IMG/VR virus record: IMGVR_UViG_3300013023_000001
Span: 1-64,000 of that record
Reading direction: 5' to 3' (one strand)
DNA: 64,000 nt
Source of the DNA: a virus
Shown here: positions 52,462-61,893 of the stretch, one piece after another
Layout of the letters: the number at the start of each line of letters is the position of its first letter
Position numbering within the stretch: position 1 is the first letter of the stretch
Notes under the pieces: generated by a model
Databases searched by the model: none
What the model was told of the DNA's origin: nothing
What the model saw: only the letters and a program-made list of their open reading frames with translations
Made by a program: the position numbers and the translations under genes

Positions 52462-52470
52462 TATACATTA
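52462..52470 (-). promoter_or_regulatory. TAATGTATA: candidate phage-sigma promoter element (exact match)
   Basis: Exact match to the motif I recall for phiEco32 gp36-dependent promoters. Lies 40 nt upstream of the thioredoxin start and directly after the hairpin at 52475-52502. Confidence 0.4.
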
Positions 52471-52474
52471 TAAA

Positions 52475-52502
52475 GGGCAGGACAAAAGTCCCACCCTTTT
52501 TT
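52475..52502. terminator. hairpin with T-tract (orientation ambiguous)
   Basis: GGGCAGGAC-AAAA-GTCCCACCC with TTTTTT on the + strand and only TTTAT on the minus strand. Confidence 0.4.
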
Positions 52503-52505
52503 CCA

Positions 52506-52763
52506 TTATCGAACTTCTTTATACATCACTGTATTGTAAGGCCCTAAGTATTGACAGAAGCCTTCTATTAGTCCCTGAATTCTGTAGGTTTTAATTTTAA
52601 CTTTAGTGTTAGAACTATACGTTAATGCTTTCCACAGTTTAATACCCTCACGCATTTCTTTTCTCGTTGGGTAATATTGTTCAGCTACAACTTTAAAAGC
52701 ATTTTCAGAGTCTTTAGTATAAACACGAGCGACCCAACTACCTTTTCTGCTTTCTACTATCAT
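52506..52763 (-). CDS. hypothetical protein (85 aa)
   Basis: Leftward ORF. No motif recognised. Confidence 0.55.
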   Translation of the reverse strand: MIVESRKGSWVARVYTKDSENAFKVVAEQYYPTRKEMREGIKLWKALTYSSNTKVKIKTYRIQGLIEGFCQYLGPYNTVMYKEVR

Positions 52764-52772
52764 TAAATTTCC

Positions 52773-52970
52773 TTAGATCATACAACTATCACAAACACCA
52801 TCATCTAAACTAAAATCATCTAAGACTATTTCAGAATTAAGTTGAGAAGTGATAGCATCTGCTAACAGAGGAAGAGTAGCTTCTTTTACAAAGATGTTTA
52901 AACCGAAATCACCTTCATCAATTTGAATGAAGTATTTATCTTCCTGTTTAGTTACTTTAATATCAGTCAT
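52773..52970 (-). CDS. hypothetical acidic protein (65 aa)
   Basis: Leftward ORF ending ...CDSCMI. No motif recognised. Confidence 0.5.
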   Translation of the reverse strand: MTDIKVTKQEDKYFIQIDEGDFGLNIFVKEATLPLLADAITSQLNSEIVLDDFSLDDGVCDSCMI

Positions 52971-53503
52971 TATACCCCCTTGCTTGCATGAACTTTATCA
53001 GAGTTATTGTAACGACCCTTAACTGCATAAGAATCATCACCTGCTGGAGAATGCTCAGAGAAGATCATCTGACCTACTCGCATACCTTTACGAACACGTA
53101 AGCTGTGATGTTTAGTTACGTTATGAAATTCGAAAGTAAGTTTAGACTTATTAAATCCAGCATCTGCCCAACCTGCCATTAGATGGTTCAATCCACAACG
53201 AGCCATAGAACTACGGAGAATGAATTGACCACTGATATTATCAGGGAGATTAAACTCTTCGACACTATGAGCCAAGAAGAACTCTCCGGGCTTTACAATA
53301 TATCCCTCATCTGGAATCTCAACTTCTTTCCAGTTTAAGTTTTCTTTCTTATCAATATCAACAACACCACTGGCAGATTCCTCTACTAGAATGGTGTCGC
53401 CAATACGAATATCAATAGAAGCAGCATTTACAAATTCATGTTTTGCATCCAGAAAACCGTTATCAATTACTTCGTGTAATTCCTTACTCCCTAAAAGACT
53501 CAT
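52970..53503 (-). CDS. dcd: dCTP deaminase
   Basis: Blocks align with E. coli Dcd: AASIDIRIG, VKPGEFFLAHSVEEFNLPDNISGQFILRSSMARCGL, DAGFNKSKLTFEFHN, GMRVGQMIF. Confidence 0.8.
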   Translation of the reverse strand: MSLLGSKELHEVIDNGFLDAKHEFVNAASIDIRIGDTILVEESASGVVDIDKKENLNWKEVEIPDEGYIVKPGEFFLAHSVEEFNLPDNISGQFILRSSMARCGLNHLMAGWADAGFNKSKLTFEFHNVTKHHSLRVRKGMRVGQMIFSEHSPAGDDSYAVKGRYNNSDKVHASKGV

Positions 53504-53527
53504 ACTACTCCTTGTATTTTACACATA

Positions 53528-54376
53528 TTAATTATCAACTGGCATTGACGATGCAGAACCAATTGTAAATTCGATATCACCAAACAGTGAAGCGTAGTGA
53601 TTTTGAACAAGAATTTGTTTTGTTACTTGTGGCATACGGTCTCTACCAGAAACAGTACCAGCAGGAACAGTAGCAAATCCAGAGTGAATTCTTCCTAATG
53701 AATCCTGAACTAATTCATCAGAGTTATTATAGCGACGAATAAGCGCATCTTCACCAAACTTCTTAACTACATATGCTATGTCTCTGTCATGAGCAATAGG
53801 GTACACTCCACTGGATAACAAAGGGAGTGATCCAGCAAAAGCATAGGTAGAGTAAATATAGTTCTGTGTCATACCAACGCCACAAACGACCGGCATAGAT
53901 GCTAATAAATTACCTATACTCATTGAAGTGTTTAGATAGTTTGATGGAATCATGATTTGAATATTCACACCAGACCACTCAAAAGATAAGATATCTAAGA
54001 ATCTTCCAACAGAGCCGGGATACTGTCCATCATTCTCTGTAAGCAATGATTCGTATTCCAATCCAAGATCTTCTAACCAAACTAATAAATTCTCTTTTAA
54101 AAGACGTAAATCTCGGTCAACATGGACACGAGCAGAGGAAGATCCCATCGTATTAAGAATATCTAAATTACGATAAAAGAAAATATCTACATCATTAGGC
54201 TCCCTTTCTCGGAATACAGTGTCACGAACAACACCGCCAAGAATGACAGGGCGTAAGCTGTAATTTGAGGGTAGCAAGCCCTCATCAGACAGAAGGCTTA
54301 AAAAATGACGTCCTACAGCTAACTTACGATTGCTAAGTTTTGATGGATTTAAACTTGAAATTGGAAAACAGATCAT
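53528..54376 (-). CDS. Pol-beta superfamily nucleotidyltransferase (CCA-adding enzyme / poly(A) polymerase head-like)
   Basis: ILGGVVRDTVFREREPNDVDIFF matches the GGxVRD...DxD head-domain motif of class II tRNA nucleotidyltransferases. The remainder is not recognisable. Confidence 0.5.
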   Translation of the reverse strand: MICFPISSLNPSKLSNRKLAVGRHFLSLLSDEGLLPSNYSLRPVILGGVVRDTVFREREPNDVDIFFYRNLDILNTMGSSSARVHVDRDLRLLKENLLVWLEDLGLEYESLLTENDGQYPGSVGRFLDILSFEWSGVNIQIMIPSNYLNTSMSIGNLLASMPVVCGVGMTQNYIYSTYAFAGSLPLLSSGVYPIAHDRDIAYVVKKFGEDALIRRYNNSDELVQDSLGRIHSGFATVPAGTVSGRDRMPQVTKQILVQNHYASLFGDIEFTIGSASSMPVDN

Positions 54377-54394
54377 TAGATTATTCCTTGATAA

Positions 54395-54949
54395 TCAAAA
54401 TTCAGTACAATAGAAATCAAACACAGGAGGGTCATCAACTTCAAACCCTGCACTACGAACTAAATGATGATACAACAAAACAGTTACGTGAACGTCTTGT
54501 TCGCAGTATTCATACATTTCTTCCGTAAATTTGTCCCATGCGTTTTCTGTTTCGTCTCCATACGCACCTTTAGTATCACCTAAACGAATACCCCAAGATT
54601 TCAGAGAATGCCCTGATGGAGTTTCGAAGTTACGGTCAGGTTGTAGGAATCTACTTAAACTAAGAGTGTCTAAGACTTTAAATTCAGTTCCTGCTAATGC
54701 AGGATAAACTTTAGTCAAAGCTGGCAAGTCAAAGTCAATTATATTGTGACCAACTACTACATCAGCTTCTTTAAGTTTAATTATGCCATGAGCGATTTCG
54801 TGGGGACGGAATCCCCACTTCTCACCAGTAATTACATCTTGAATCCATAAACACCAGACACTTCCGATGGTGTCATACAGACCATCAGATTCAATATCGA
54901 ATGCATATATCTTCTTATTAGAACGGTAAGCTTTCATCTCTTCTCGCAC
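54395..54949 (-). CDS. stand-alone DEDD 3'-5' exonuclease (T7 DNA polymerase N-terminal domain-like)
   Basis: Exo I FDIESDG, Exo [16 protein letters not shown], Exo [12 protein letters not shown]. 184 aa. Confidence 0.8.
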   Translation of the reverse strand: MREEMKAYRSNKKIYAFDIESDGLYDTIGSVWCLWIQDVITGEKWGFRPHEIAHGIIKLKEADVVVGHNIIDFDLPALTKVYPALAGTEFKVLDTLSLSRFLQPDRNFETPSGHSLKSWGIRLGDTKGAYGDETENAWDKFTEEMYEYCEQDVHVTVLLYHHLVRSAGFEVDDPPVFDFYCTEF

Positions 54950-56750
54950 TCTCTTCCATTGCGATTACATCTTCCATGCAAGTAAATGGATCACTCTCAT
55001 CTACTTCTGCTTCTGTACGTTCTAAAAGACGTCCTGTGGCTGGATCGTATTTTGTATAACAAATACCAGTCTGACCATAGTTACGTTCTTTCAGAAGCCT
55101 GATAAGCGATAAGTTTTTACCATTACCATCTGCCTGCTTATTACGTTCAAATCCGATGATACATTGACACCAACGCATCAGAGAACGAGAACCTGTAAAT
55201 TGAACCTCTTTAACCTGACCACCCTCTTCATGAGGATTACCTGATGTTGGAGCGTTCAAGTGAGACAGAACAAAAGCTGTGAAATTCAATTCCTGACACA
55301 TACCTGCCAATTCAGATGCAATCTTACTGATTTCAGTGTTGATTTCAGAAGGCGTCAAATGAGATACAAGTGCTGTGATATTATCAAGAATAATATATTT
55401 ACAATCATTCTCAACAACCCAAAAACGAATACACTGCTTAATATCATCCCAATCGTTCTGACCAAAGTTGTCATACAAGAAAAACTTATCAGCAAACTTC
55501 AAAGCTTCATTATATAGAATGTCTTGATCATAATCGACGTCTGGACGATGGAATGGAATACTTGCTGACTTACCAGCGATATTCTTAATAGACATGCCGA
55601 CTTTTTCTTCTAAGAAGAATCCACCGCCATTATATCCATGTTTAAGTCCGAGCCATGCTACCAATTCGTGTGCAATGAGAGTTTTACCTGACCCTACACC
55701 ACCACCGATTGCTACCATCTCTCCCCAACGAATACCAAAAGTCATGTTATTCAGAGTTTCCCAAGGATAAGGAACACCCCATTCAGGTTTCTTCAGAGCA
55801 TCTTCTAAACAGTCAAAAACAGTTACAGAACCTGCTGGAGACTCTCGTTTAGCAGAGAATTTTAAGATGTTGAATAATTCCTGACCACGACCTGCCAGAA
55901 GCATATCATTGGCATCTTTCATCTCTTTTTCTTTTTCATTGTAAGTAAAGATACCTTTCGGAATCCTTGCAAACTTTGCGTTAGGATAAAGAGCACGACC
56001 CTTAATCAGAGCTTCCTCGCCCGCTGAGTCATTATCCATACAGATAACGATTTCATCAAAGCCATTAAGAAAATCACGATTACGGGACATGACAGATGAA
56101 ATACTGCCAGCACCATTTGGAAGTGCAACACATGCTGGTTTGATGTTTGTCGCTGTAGTGAACTGAGTCAATACATGAAAACCTGACATACAACTCAAAG
56201 CATCTTCAAAAATGAATAACTTCTTGTTATAAACATCACCACGTTGTGCTTGTGATAATCCAAAGAAATCAGACTCTTTAACATTACCAACAAAGTAGAA
56301 GAACTTACGTTCAATACCTTTTACTTCATAACCCTGAATATCTCCATCTTTTTCACGAGGAAAGAAATAACTTACAGGGGTTTGACCATCTTCACAACTA
56401 AGACCGATACGAACACCATAACGTTCAGCTACAGCTTTTGGAATTAATCGAGCAGACAAATCTTTTTGAGGTAATTCCATAACTTCATCAAGAAGCTCTT
56501 GCAATTCCTCTGGTGATAATTCTTTCTTTTCTTTGACTTCTGGCATAGAGCCTTTGTCAAATACTTCGTAGTGACCACATCTACCGCACTTGCCCCAGCG
56601 CTCATCTGTTTTTGTGTTATGAAACAACACTAGATGGTTGCCTGATTTATCTCGCCCATGAGAGCGGCACTCTGGGCAAGCTGTGTCACCTACGATTACT
56701 TTATCGACTTTCACGCTCTTCTCTCCTTGAGTTCCATGAGCATTTACCAC
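54918..56750 (-). CDS. bifunctional primase-helicase (T7 gp4-like)
   Basis: Zinc ribbon CPECRSHG...[22 protein letters not shown], DnaB-type Walker [10 protein letters not shown] and Walker B YIILDN. Confidence 0.9.
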   Translation of the reverse strand: MVNAHGTQGEKSVKVDKVIVGDTACPECRSHGRDKSGNHLVLFHNTKTDERWGKCGRCGHYEVFDKGSMPEVKEKKELSPEELQELLDEVMELPQKDLSARLIPKAVAERYGVRIGLSCEDGQTPVSYFFPREKDGDIQGYEVKGIERKFFYFVGNVKESDFFGLSQAQRGDVYNKKLFIFEDALSCMSGFHVLTQFTTATNIKPACVALPNGAGSISSVMSRNRDFLNGFDEIVICMDNDSAGEEALIKGRALYPNAKFARIPKGIFTYNEKEKEMKDANDMLLAGRGQELFNILKFSAKRESPAGSVTVFDCLEDALKKPEWGVPYPWETLNNMTFGIRWGEMVAIGGGVGSGKTLIAHELVAWLGLKHGYNGGGFFLEEKVGMSIKNIAGKSASIPFHRPDVDYDQDILYNEALKFADKFFLYDNFGQNDWDDIKQCIRFWVVENDCKYIILDNITALVSHLTPSEINTEISKIASELAGMCQELNFTAFVLSHLNAPTSGNPHEEGGQVKEVQFTGSRSLMRWCQCIIGFERNKQADGNGKNLSLIRLLKERNYGQTGICYTKYDPATGRLLERTEAEVDESDPFTCMEDVIAMEESARRDESLPF

Positions 56751-56825
56751 CTGATTCCATTTACTGCAATCAAATGTGGGAGGACATATACTTCATTCCT
56801 ATATACCCACATCTGAGTTCCAAGT

Positions 56826-57029
56826 TTATCCGATTAACTCTCCAATCCTTCTGAGGCATTCATCAGCTAATTCTTCATAAGCCTTGATGCTTTTTTCGGC
56901 ATAAACAACAGTATTCTTGGTTCCTTTCAGTTTCTGTTCAGACCAATATACTTCAAACTTACGAATTTTCCAGCGACAATAATGAAGCTTTTGTTGAAGT
57001 CGCCTCACTTCTTCAACTGTAGAAGACAT
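56826..57029 (-). CDS. hypothetical protein (67 aa)
   Basis: Leftward ORF. No motif recognised. Confidence 0.5.
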   Translation of the reverse strand: MSSTVEEVRRLQQKLHYCRWKIRKFEVYWSEQKLKGTKNTVVYAEKSIKAYEELADECLRRIGELIG

Positions 57030-57033
57030 TGGA

Positions 57034-57216
57034 TTAACCTTTTTCTACAACTGCGACTTCAAGATTTCTAGTTACAACAGCAATCTGTTCAAGTTGAGCA
57101 ATAGCAGAATCTAAAGCTCTCATTGCATAATTGTATCCATAGCTAGACCCATTAACAAAAGCTTGTCGTCTTTCTTCTTTGATACGATCTAAAGTTTCTT
57201 GACTTACAATAGCCAT
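57034..57216 (-). CDS. hypothetical protein (60 aa from Met12)
   Basis: The ATG at 57216 lies next to the stop of the GGCT-like gene. No motif recognised. Confidence 0.45.
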   Translation of the reverse strand: MAIVSQETLDRIKEERRQAFVNGSSYGYNYAMRALDSAIAQLEQIAVVTRNLEVAVVEKG

Positions 57217-57217
57217 A

Positions 57218-57634
57218 TTATTTGTCCTTGCAGAACTCAACCCAATCACCAGATTCTACACGAACTGGCTGTGTTTCATCGATGTGATAGATCCAAGCTT
57301 CTACTTGTTCACCTGAATCCAACAGTACCGGAACCAGTGTACGTTTGTAGAAAGTGTGTGGATTATCATTACCACGATGACCTTCAAGACCATCATACGG
57401 GCCTTCCAGACCGGATTGATCAGTTTCAAACACTTCAACTACTACAGGTTTTTCAGAAGTTGAATGAGCCAGAGAAACAGATGGGAAATAGCAAGAGCTA
57501 TACTGATGCAGATCGTAGTTATCAACAGTACGACCTTTACCAACTAAAGTTGCTCCAGCACGATCATTTACAGACGCATTGTGCATACCAGAACGAAGGC
57601 TACCATATACTGCTACTAAAACTTTACCAGACAT
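57218..57634 (-). CDS. gamma-glutamyl cyclotransferase (GGCT/AIG2-like) family protein
   Basis: VAVYGSLRSGMHN...; VVVEVFE...YDGLEGH...FYKRTLVPVLLDSGEQVEAWIYH is the family pattern (YGSL.., LD.lEg...Y.R, eAwiY). Confidence 0.75.
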   Translation of the reverse strand: MSGKVLVAVYGSLRSGMHNASVNDRAGATLVGKGRTVDNYDLHQYSSCYFPSVSLAHSTSEKPVVVEVFETDQSGLEGPYDGLEGHRGNDNPHTFYKRTLVPVLLDSGEQVEAWIYHIDETQPVRVESGDWVEFCKDK

Positions 57635-57876
57635 TATTTCTCTACCTTATACAGTGTATTACTTACGAGTTTTAATCTACCCTGCTTAACTAAACGTCTT
57701 AAGTCAGGATCTTTTTTAAATTGAGGATTATTGCTTTTATTGATTAACCAACCGTTGCTTTTGTCTGACATAAAATCCAGAATCAATTTACGACGAGTTT
57801 TACCAAAAGGTGTAGATACTAGTTGACACCCAAAGCATTTACAATCTCTTCTAAACCACCAAGCTGGTCTATTCAC
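57634..57876 (-). CDS. hypothetical basic protein (80 aa)
   Basis: Leftward ORF carrying a CKCFGC motif. No family recognised. Confidence 0.5.
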   Translation of the reverse strand: MNRPAWWFRRDCKCFGCQLVSTPFGKTRRKLILDFMSDKSNGWLINKSNNPQFKKDPDLRRLVKQGRLKLVSNTLYKVEK

Positions 57877-58052
57877 TTTGTAACCTTACGAGATTTCATA
57901 GAGTTTAAAAGATTAGAAGAAAAACTATGAGACATTGAATCAAACAGCCCATTACTTTTAGGGCCGGATTTGACAGTCTTTTCAAGTCTTTCTAGTAACT
58001 TACGACCATTCTCTTTCTGCCATGCTTTATGTTCAGCACTACCGATTTTCAT
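57873..58052 (-). CDS. hypothetical protein (59 aa from Met41)
   Basis: AAGGAGAA precedes the ATG at 58052. The longer track ORF would overlap the upstream gene. Confidence 0.45.
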   Translation of the reverse strand: MKIGSAEHKAWQKENGRKLLERLEKTVKSGPKSNGLFDSMSHSFSSNLLNSMKSRKVTK

Positions 58053-58113
58053 GTGATTCTCCTTAAATTGAATCAACATAAGGCACTCTTTCGAATACCT
58101 TATAGCAAGCAAT

Positions 58114-58884
58114 TTAGTGAACAATACCCCAATGAGCGTGACCTTCAAGTTTTGCCCAATAGAATATTGCACCAGTAGCTTTATGCTGCTCAGTCATGCG
58201 ATAAGAAACATAACGAGCTTGTTTAGCACTGGTAAAGATTTGTTGAGGAGGTGCGATACTAGAAGGAGTCCAGACAATATATCGTTCTTCTTCTAACGTA
58301 GTTTTAACAACACCTTCTCTAGCAGTCGAGATAAGTTTGAAAATATAGTAATCATTAAAAAGAGGAATCTCTTTTAATGTCTTGTCTACTTTGTACCTAA
58401 ATTTCAATCCTGATTCAACATCAGTAACAATACAAATACTATCTTCAACAAATTTTAAAATAAATCTAATTTCATCAGAAGGCTTTACAGTAACCCCCCA
58501 ATAACCAACAACATCTTGTGCTGTTTTATCCACTTTAGCTCTGGCGACATAAACTTCACCTTTTTTACCAGTGACGAATTGTTTACCAACAAGAACTTCA
58601 CTATGATTTGGATATTCAGTTTCCAAGTCAAATGCTACTATATTTTTTCTTTCTTCAACTTTGTAAATTGCTTTACCGTAAAAGGTTTCATCGTCAAGGA
58701 AATAAGGTCTTATTGCCACATTAAAAGGCACACCCAGATAAACCCCTTTAGCATATCTTGTTCCACGTTTTTCTACAATAGTAAATCTACCAACGACAGA
58801 TTTTGCTACCTTAACAACAAAATACTCCCCTGCTGTAAAAGAGTGAGGTCTTTTCTTATTCATCAACGTTTCAATATTGGACAT
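58114..58884 (-). CDS. hypothetical protein (256 aa)
   Basis: Long leftward ORF. No motif recognised. Confidence 0.65.
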   Translation of the reverse strand: MSNIETLMNKKRPHSFTAGEYFVVKVAKSVVGRFTIVEKRGTRYAKGVYLGVPFNVAIRPYFLDDETFYGKAIYKVEERKNIVAFDLETEYPNHSEVLVGKQFVTGKKGEVYVARAKVDKTAQDVVGYWGVTVKPSDEIRFILKFVEDSICIVTDVESGLKFRYKVDKTLKEIPLFNDYYIFKLISTAREGVVKTTLEEERYIVWTPSSIAPPQQIFTSAKQARYVSYRMTEQHKATGAIFYWAKLEGHAHWGIVH

Positions 58885-58920
58885 TTATACTTCCCGATTA
58901 TTAGTGTTATCAAACACGAG

Positions 58921-59523
58921 TTAAAGAGTTACAAATCTGAATCCATCAATCAATTGGGTTTCCAAACGAATATTACCAATTGAATCAGGGCTTAGAAACA
59001 GAGTAGCCCAACCGTAGTCATGAATATTAGTAGTTGCTTTAATTCGAGCAAAAGTTCCTACTAAATTTTCATAATACTCTACAGGACGAATAGATTCTGA
59101 AAGAAGTTCAGGATCAAGAATTACTTCCATACCCGACGATTTAATACCACGTTTTGTTACTGTAGCAAAGACTTTAGTTGTGGCTTCGTATCGATAAGGT
59201 TCAGTACGAAAGAAACGACTAGTCCAATCTAATACACTTTCAGGGGCATCAATCCAACCTCGTTGATTGTATCTATTATCTCTGCCGAAGAAAGGAACCC
59301 AATCAAGGTTAGCTACATCAGATGGATTATCAACATGTAAGATTTTAACATTTTGCATACTTCTAGCAAAATAGTTTTCAAAGCAAGTGTAGTATCTAAC
59401 ATTACTTTGATGAGAATTAAAATCTCTTAAAAAAGATTCTCTAAGGGAGTCAATTTGACCATATACTGATAAGTCTGAAAACAAGACAGAGAATAGTTGA
59501 TTATGCTTTAAGATTAAATACAT
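58921..59523 (-). CDS. hypothetical protein (200 aa)
   Basis: Long leftward ORF. No motif recognised. Confidence 0.65.
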   Translation of the reverse strand: MYLILKHNQLFSVLFSDLSVYGQIDSLRESFLRDFNSHQSNVRYYTCFENYFARSMQNVKILHVDNPSDVANLDWVPFFGRDNRYNQRGWIDAPESVLDWTSRFFRTEPYRYEATTKVFATVTKRGIKSSGMEVILDPELLSESIRPVEYYENLVGTFARIKATTNIHDYGWATLFLSPDSIGNIRLETQLIDGFRFVTL

Positions 59524-59705
59524 AGTTGCTCGACTTTATGAATATTCGACACAGGAATAGAACAGATAGTATCCCATTTCGCTTTAGATGTTCCTACATT
59601 CAAAAAAGAATAAGCTGTTTCATCGTTCCAAAGCTTATTTGCTTCGATAATATCAGGAAGCATCTCTTTATCTTTGTAGTAAACTTTAAACTTAAGCTTA
59701 TCCAC
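59514..59705 (-). CDS. hypothetical protein (63 aa from GTG)
   Basis: The GTG at 59705 overlaps the upstream stop (GGTGGATAA). The N-terminal part of the track ORF is judged untranslated. Confidence 0.4.
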   Translation of the reverse strand: MDKLKFKVYYKDKEMLPDIIEANKLWNDETAYSFLNVGTSKAKWDTICSIPVSNIHKVEQLCI

Positions 59706-59877
59706 CAAGCTTGTCCTTTTCAACGACAGGAACATTGGCAGGTACAAAAGCAACCACACCAGTTTCAGTTGAAAACTCATACCAACTATCAACACGAACA
59801 ACACTGTTCGCTTTGATTTCCATTTGATTGGACATATAAGGATTAACTACAAAAGTTCTTGCTTTTTGTTTTGACAT
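59698..59877 (-). CDS. hypothetical protein (59 aa from Met7)
   Basis: GGAG lies 7 nt upstream of the ATG at 59877. No motif recognised. Confidence 0.45.
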   Translation of the reverse strand: MSKQKARTFVVNPYMSNQMEIKANSVVRVDSWYEFSTETGVVAFVPANVPVVEKDKLGG

Positions 59878-59915
59878 AAAAACTCCATAGCCCATCCAAA
59901 GGACAGGCTTATAAT

Positions 59916-60152
59916 TTATACAGGGATTTTAGTGACAGCTTTATCTTCTTGCCACTGAGTAAGCATCTTACGGGCGCTTTCTTCATCTTCACGTTGCATA
60001 AATGTTACGAAAGCTGAATACTCACTAGATACTCGACGCTCATTAGTGATTCCATACTCTTCGCAAAGCTGTTTTAAAACCTTGCGAGAGTGAACAATAA
60101 GAGGCTCTTTTTCTTCCATAAAACCGCGTTCGATGATGTCTTCCATTGACAT
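59916..60152 (-). CDS. hypothetical protein (78 aa)
   Basis: Leftward ORF. No motif recognised. Confidence 0.5.
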   Translation of the reverse strand: MSMEDIIERGFMEEKEPLIVHSRKVLKQLCEEYGITNERRVSSEYSAFVTFMQREDEESARKMLTQWQEDKAVTKIPV

Positions 60153-60168
60153 AATAATACCCTTATAA

Positions 60169-61458
60169 TTAAACGTTTACAGTGTTACCATTACTCATGG
60201 TAACAGATGACATACGACGGAAATTGCTTGCTTCGTTACGAGGAATTGGCATATTCCAACCTGTACGATATGCACGGTTGTTGGCAACCCAAACAATAAC
60301 ATTATCCAGAACAGAGCCACCTAATGTACGATAAGTACAAATATAGTAACCATCTTCCAGAGTTTGAGATCCTTCTACCGCTCTTGCACCATGACGCGAC
60401 AATGCCATTTGTGGAGCAGCAGGCGTCACAGTAGTAGAACGAGGAGCTTCCTCCAATGCTTCACGGAATGCTCGCTGAGCAGAACGACCAGAATCACGGG
60501 TAAGTAGTTCATTAAACTCGTCTACGGCTATTTCAGTCTCAGTCTCATCGTCACCTTCACCCGCCAGACTAACAGCAGGTTCATTGTCTGACATTACAGT
60601 TAAATCAACAGGGAAAGAAGTCATATGGGTCAATCCATCACGACCACCTGTTAACTGGTCAACTTTAACTTGCAACGCTGTTGCGAAAGCATTCATTGTT
60701 GTTTCAGCTTGAAGACCTGCTGCTGTATTTACTTCCAGAACCCAAGCATCTTCGCCAAGGCTGATAACATCCACAGCACCAAAAGTAAGCCCCATTGAAC
60801 TAACAGCCAGCACTGCATTACGAAGAACAGCCTGCGATGGGTTAATATTTTCTGTAGCATAAATCCACCCTGTGTGATGGTTACGAACATCATCACGATA
60901 GTTAGGATCATCTTGATAACCGTTACGACGACGTTTTACTTGAACGTGAGTGATGATTCCATCAAACACATGAACACGCCATTCACGACGACGACCAGTA
61001 ATACCTTTGGTGTAAAGAGGTGCATTACCAAGAGCACTTCTGTTATCACGAGTAATTACAGTGATACCTTCCCCAGAGTGACCATTCAAAGTGCCACGCT
61101 GATAGACTACACTACCTTCATCAACCCAATTTCGAGCAACTGCTGCATCGGTAGTAAATGGAATGGTAGAAATGCCATGACCCTGCATTGTGTTTAGAGC
61201 ATTCAGTTTGTTCGCTGCACTGTTAAGTGCTGTCTGAGTGTTGATTACACGAGCAGAGCCGAACAACTCAGTAGGAGCAGAACGATTACCATAGTTGATA
61301 ATGATGTCATCATTGCGACCACGGAAGGCACTGTTCTGAGTTTTCAGAAGAACAACACGAACTTGGTTATTACCTTCAAAGCGACGACGAAGCTCATCAC
61401 GCAGAGCAACACAAGAATCAGATGGGCCGTAAGGAAGGATAGCTAAACGAGTAGTCAT
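60169..61458 (-). CDS. ATP-grasp ligase-like protein with C-terminal extension
   Basis: Blocks typical of RimK/GshB-type ATP-grasp enzymes: NKLNALNTMQGHGISTIPFT, VVYQRGTLNGHSGEGITV, REWRVHVFDG, FGAVDVISLGEDAWVLEVNTAAGL. About 150 extra C-terminal residues are unassigned. Confidence 0.6.
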   Translation of the reverse strand: MTTRLAILPYGPSDSCVALRDELRRRFEGNNQVRVVLLKTQNSAFRGRNDDIIINYGNRSAPTELFGSARVINTQTALNSAANKLNALNTMQGHGISTIPFTTDAAVARNWVDEGSVVYQRGTLNGHSGEGITVITRDNRSALGNAPLYTKGITGRRREWRVHVFDGIITHVQVKRRRNGYQDDPNYRDDVRNHHTGWIYATENINPSQAVLRNAVLAVSSMGLTFGAVDVISLGEDAWVLEVNTAAGLQAETTMNAFATALQVKVDQLTGGRDGLTHMTSFPVDLTVMSDNEPAVSLAGEGDDETETEIAVDEFNELLTRDSGRSAQRAFREALEEAPRSTTVTPAAPQMALSRHGARAVEGSQTLEDGYYICTYRTLGGSVLDNVIVWVANNRAYRTGWNMPIPRNEASNFRRMSSVTMSNGNTVNV

Positions 61459-61679
61459 TTCAGTTTTTCTCTCAATTCGTTAATTTTGTTTGTACAATCT
61501 TGGATTTCAATTTCCAAGACTTCAATTTTTAAACGTGCAGTATCAAAGATTTCTTTGGTAATGTTCACGCTGTTAAAGGCAATACTATATTGGCGATACT
61601 GTTCTAACAGTAAGTTAGGTTTTCTCGCCATAAGAAAAGACAGATCAATATTAATCTGATTTAGGTTTTCCAGAGACAT
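61455..61679 (-). CDS. hypothetical coiled-coil protein (74 aa from Met11)
   Basis: ATGA-coupled to the ATP-grasp gene. No motif recognised. Confidence 0.45.
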   Translation of the reverse strand: MSLENLNQINIDLSFLMARKPNLLLEQYRQYSIAFNSVNITKEIFDTARLKIEVLEIEIQDCTNKINELREKLK

Positions 61680-61893
61680 CGATATTATGCCTTTTAATAA
61701 AATCGGCAAGAACCATGTGAATCACGGTTGGAAAAGGTAATTCAACTTGAACCTTTTGAAGTTCAGAAAGACCATCTACCAGATATTTCTGAGCCGCTCT
61801 TAGGTTATCGCATCCTGCATTTGACATAGGGATTTTACGAATAACCGCTACGTCATCCAATAAGATTCTATTAACTTCTTTCATCTTTTCCAT
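61651..61893 (-). CDS. hypothetical protein (80 aa)
   Basis: ATGA-coupled to the amidotransferase gene. No motif recognised. Confidence 0.5.
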   Translation of the reverse strand: MEKMKEVNRILLDDVAVIRKIPMSNAGCDNLRAAQKYLVDGLSELQKVQVELPFPTVIHMVLADFIKRHNIDVSGKPKSD

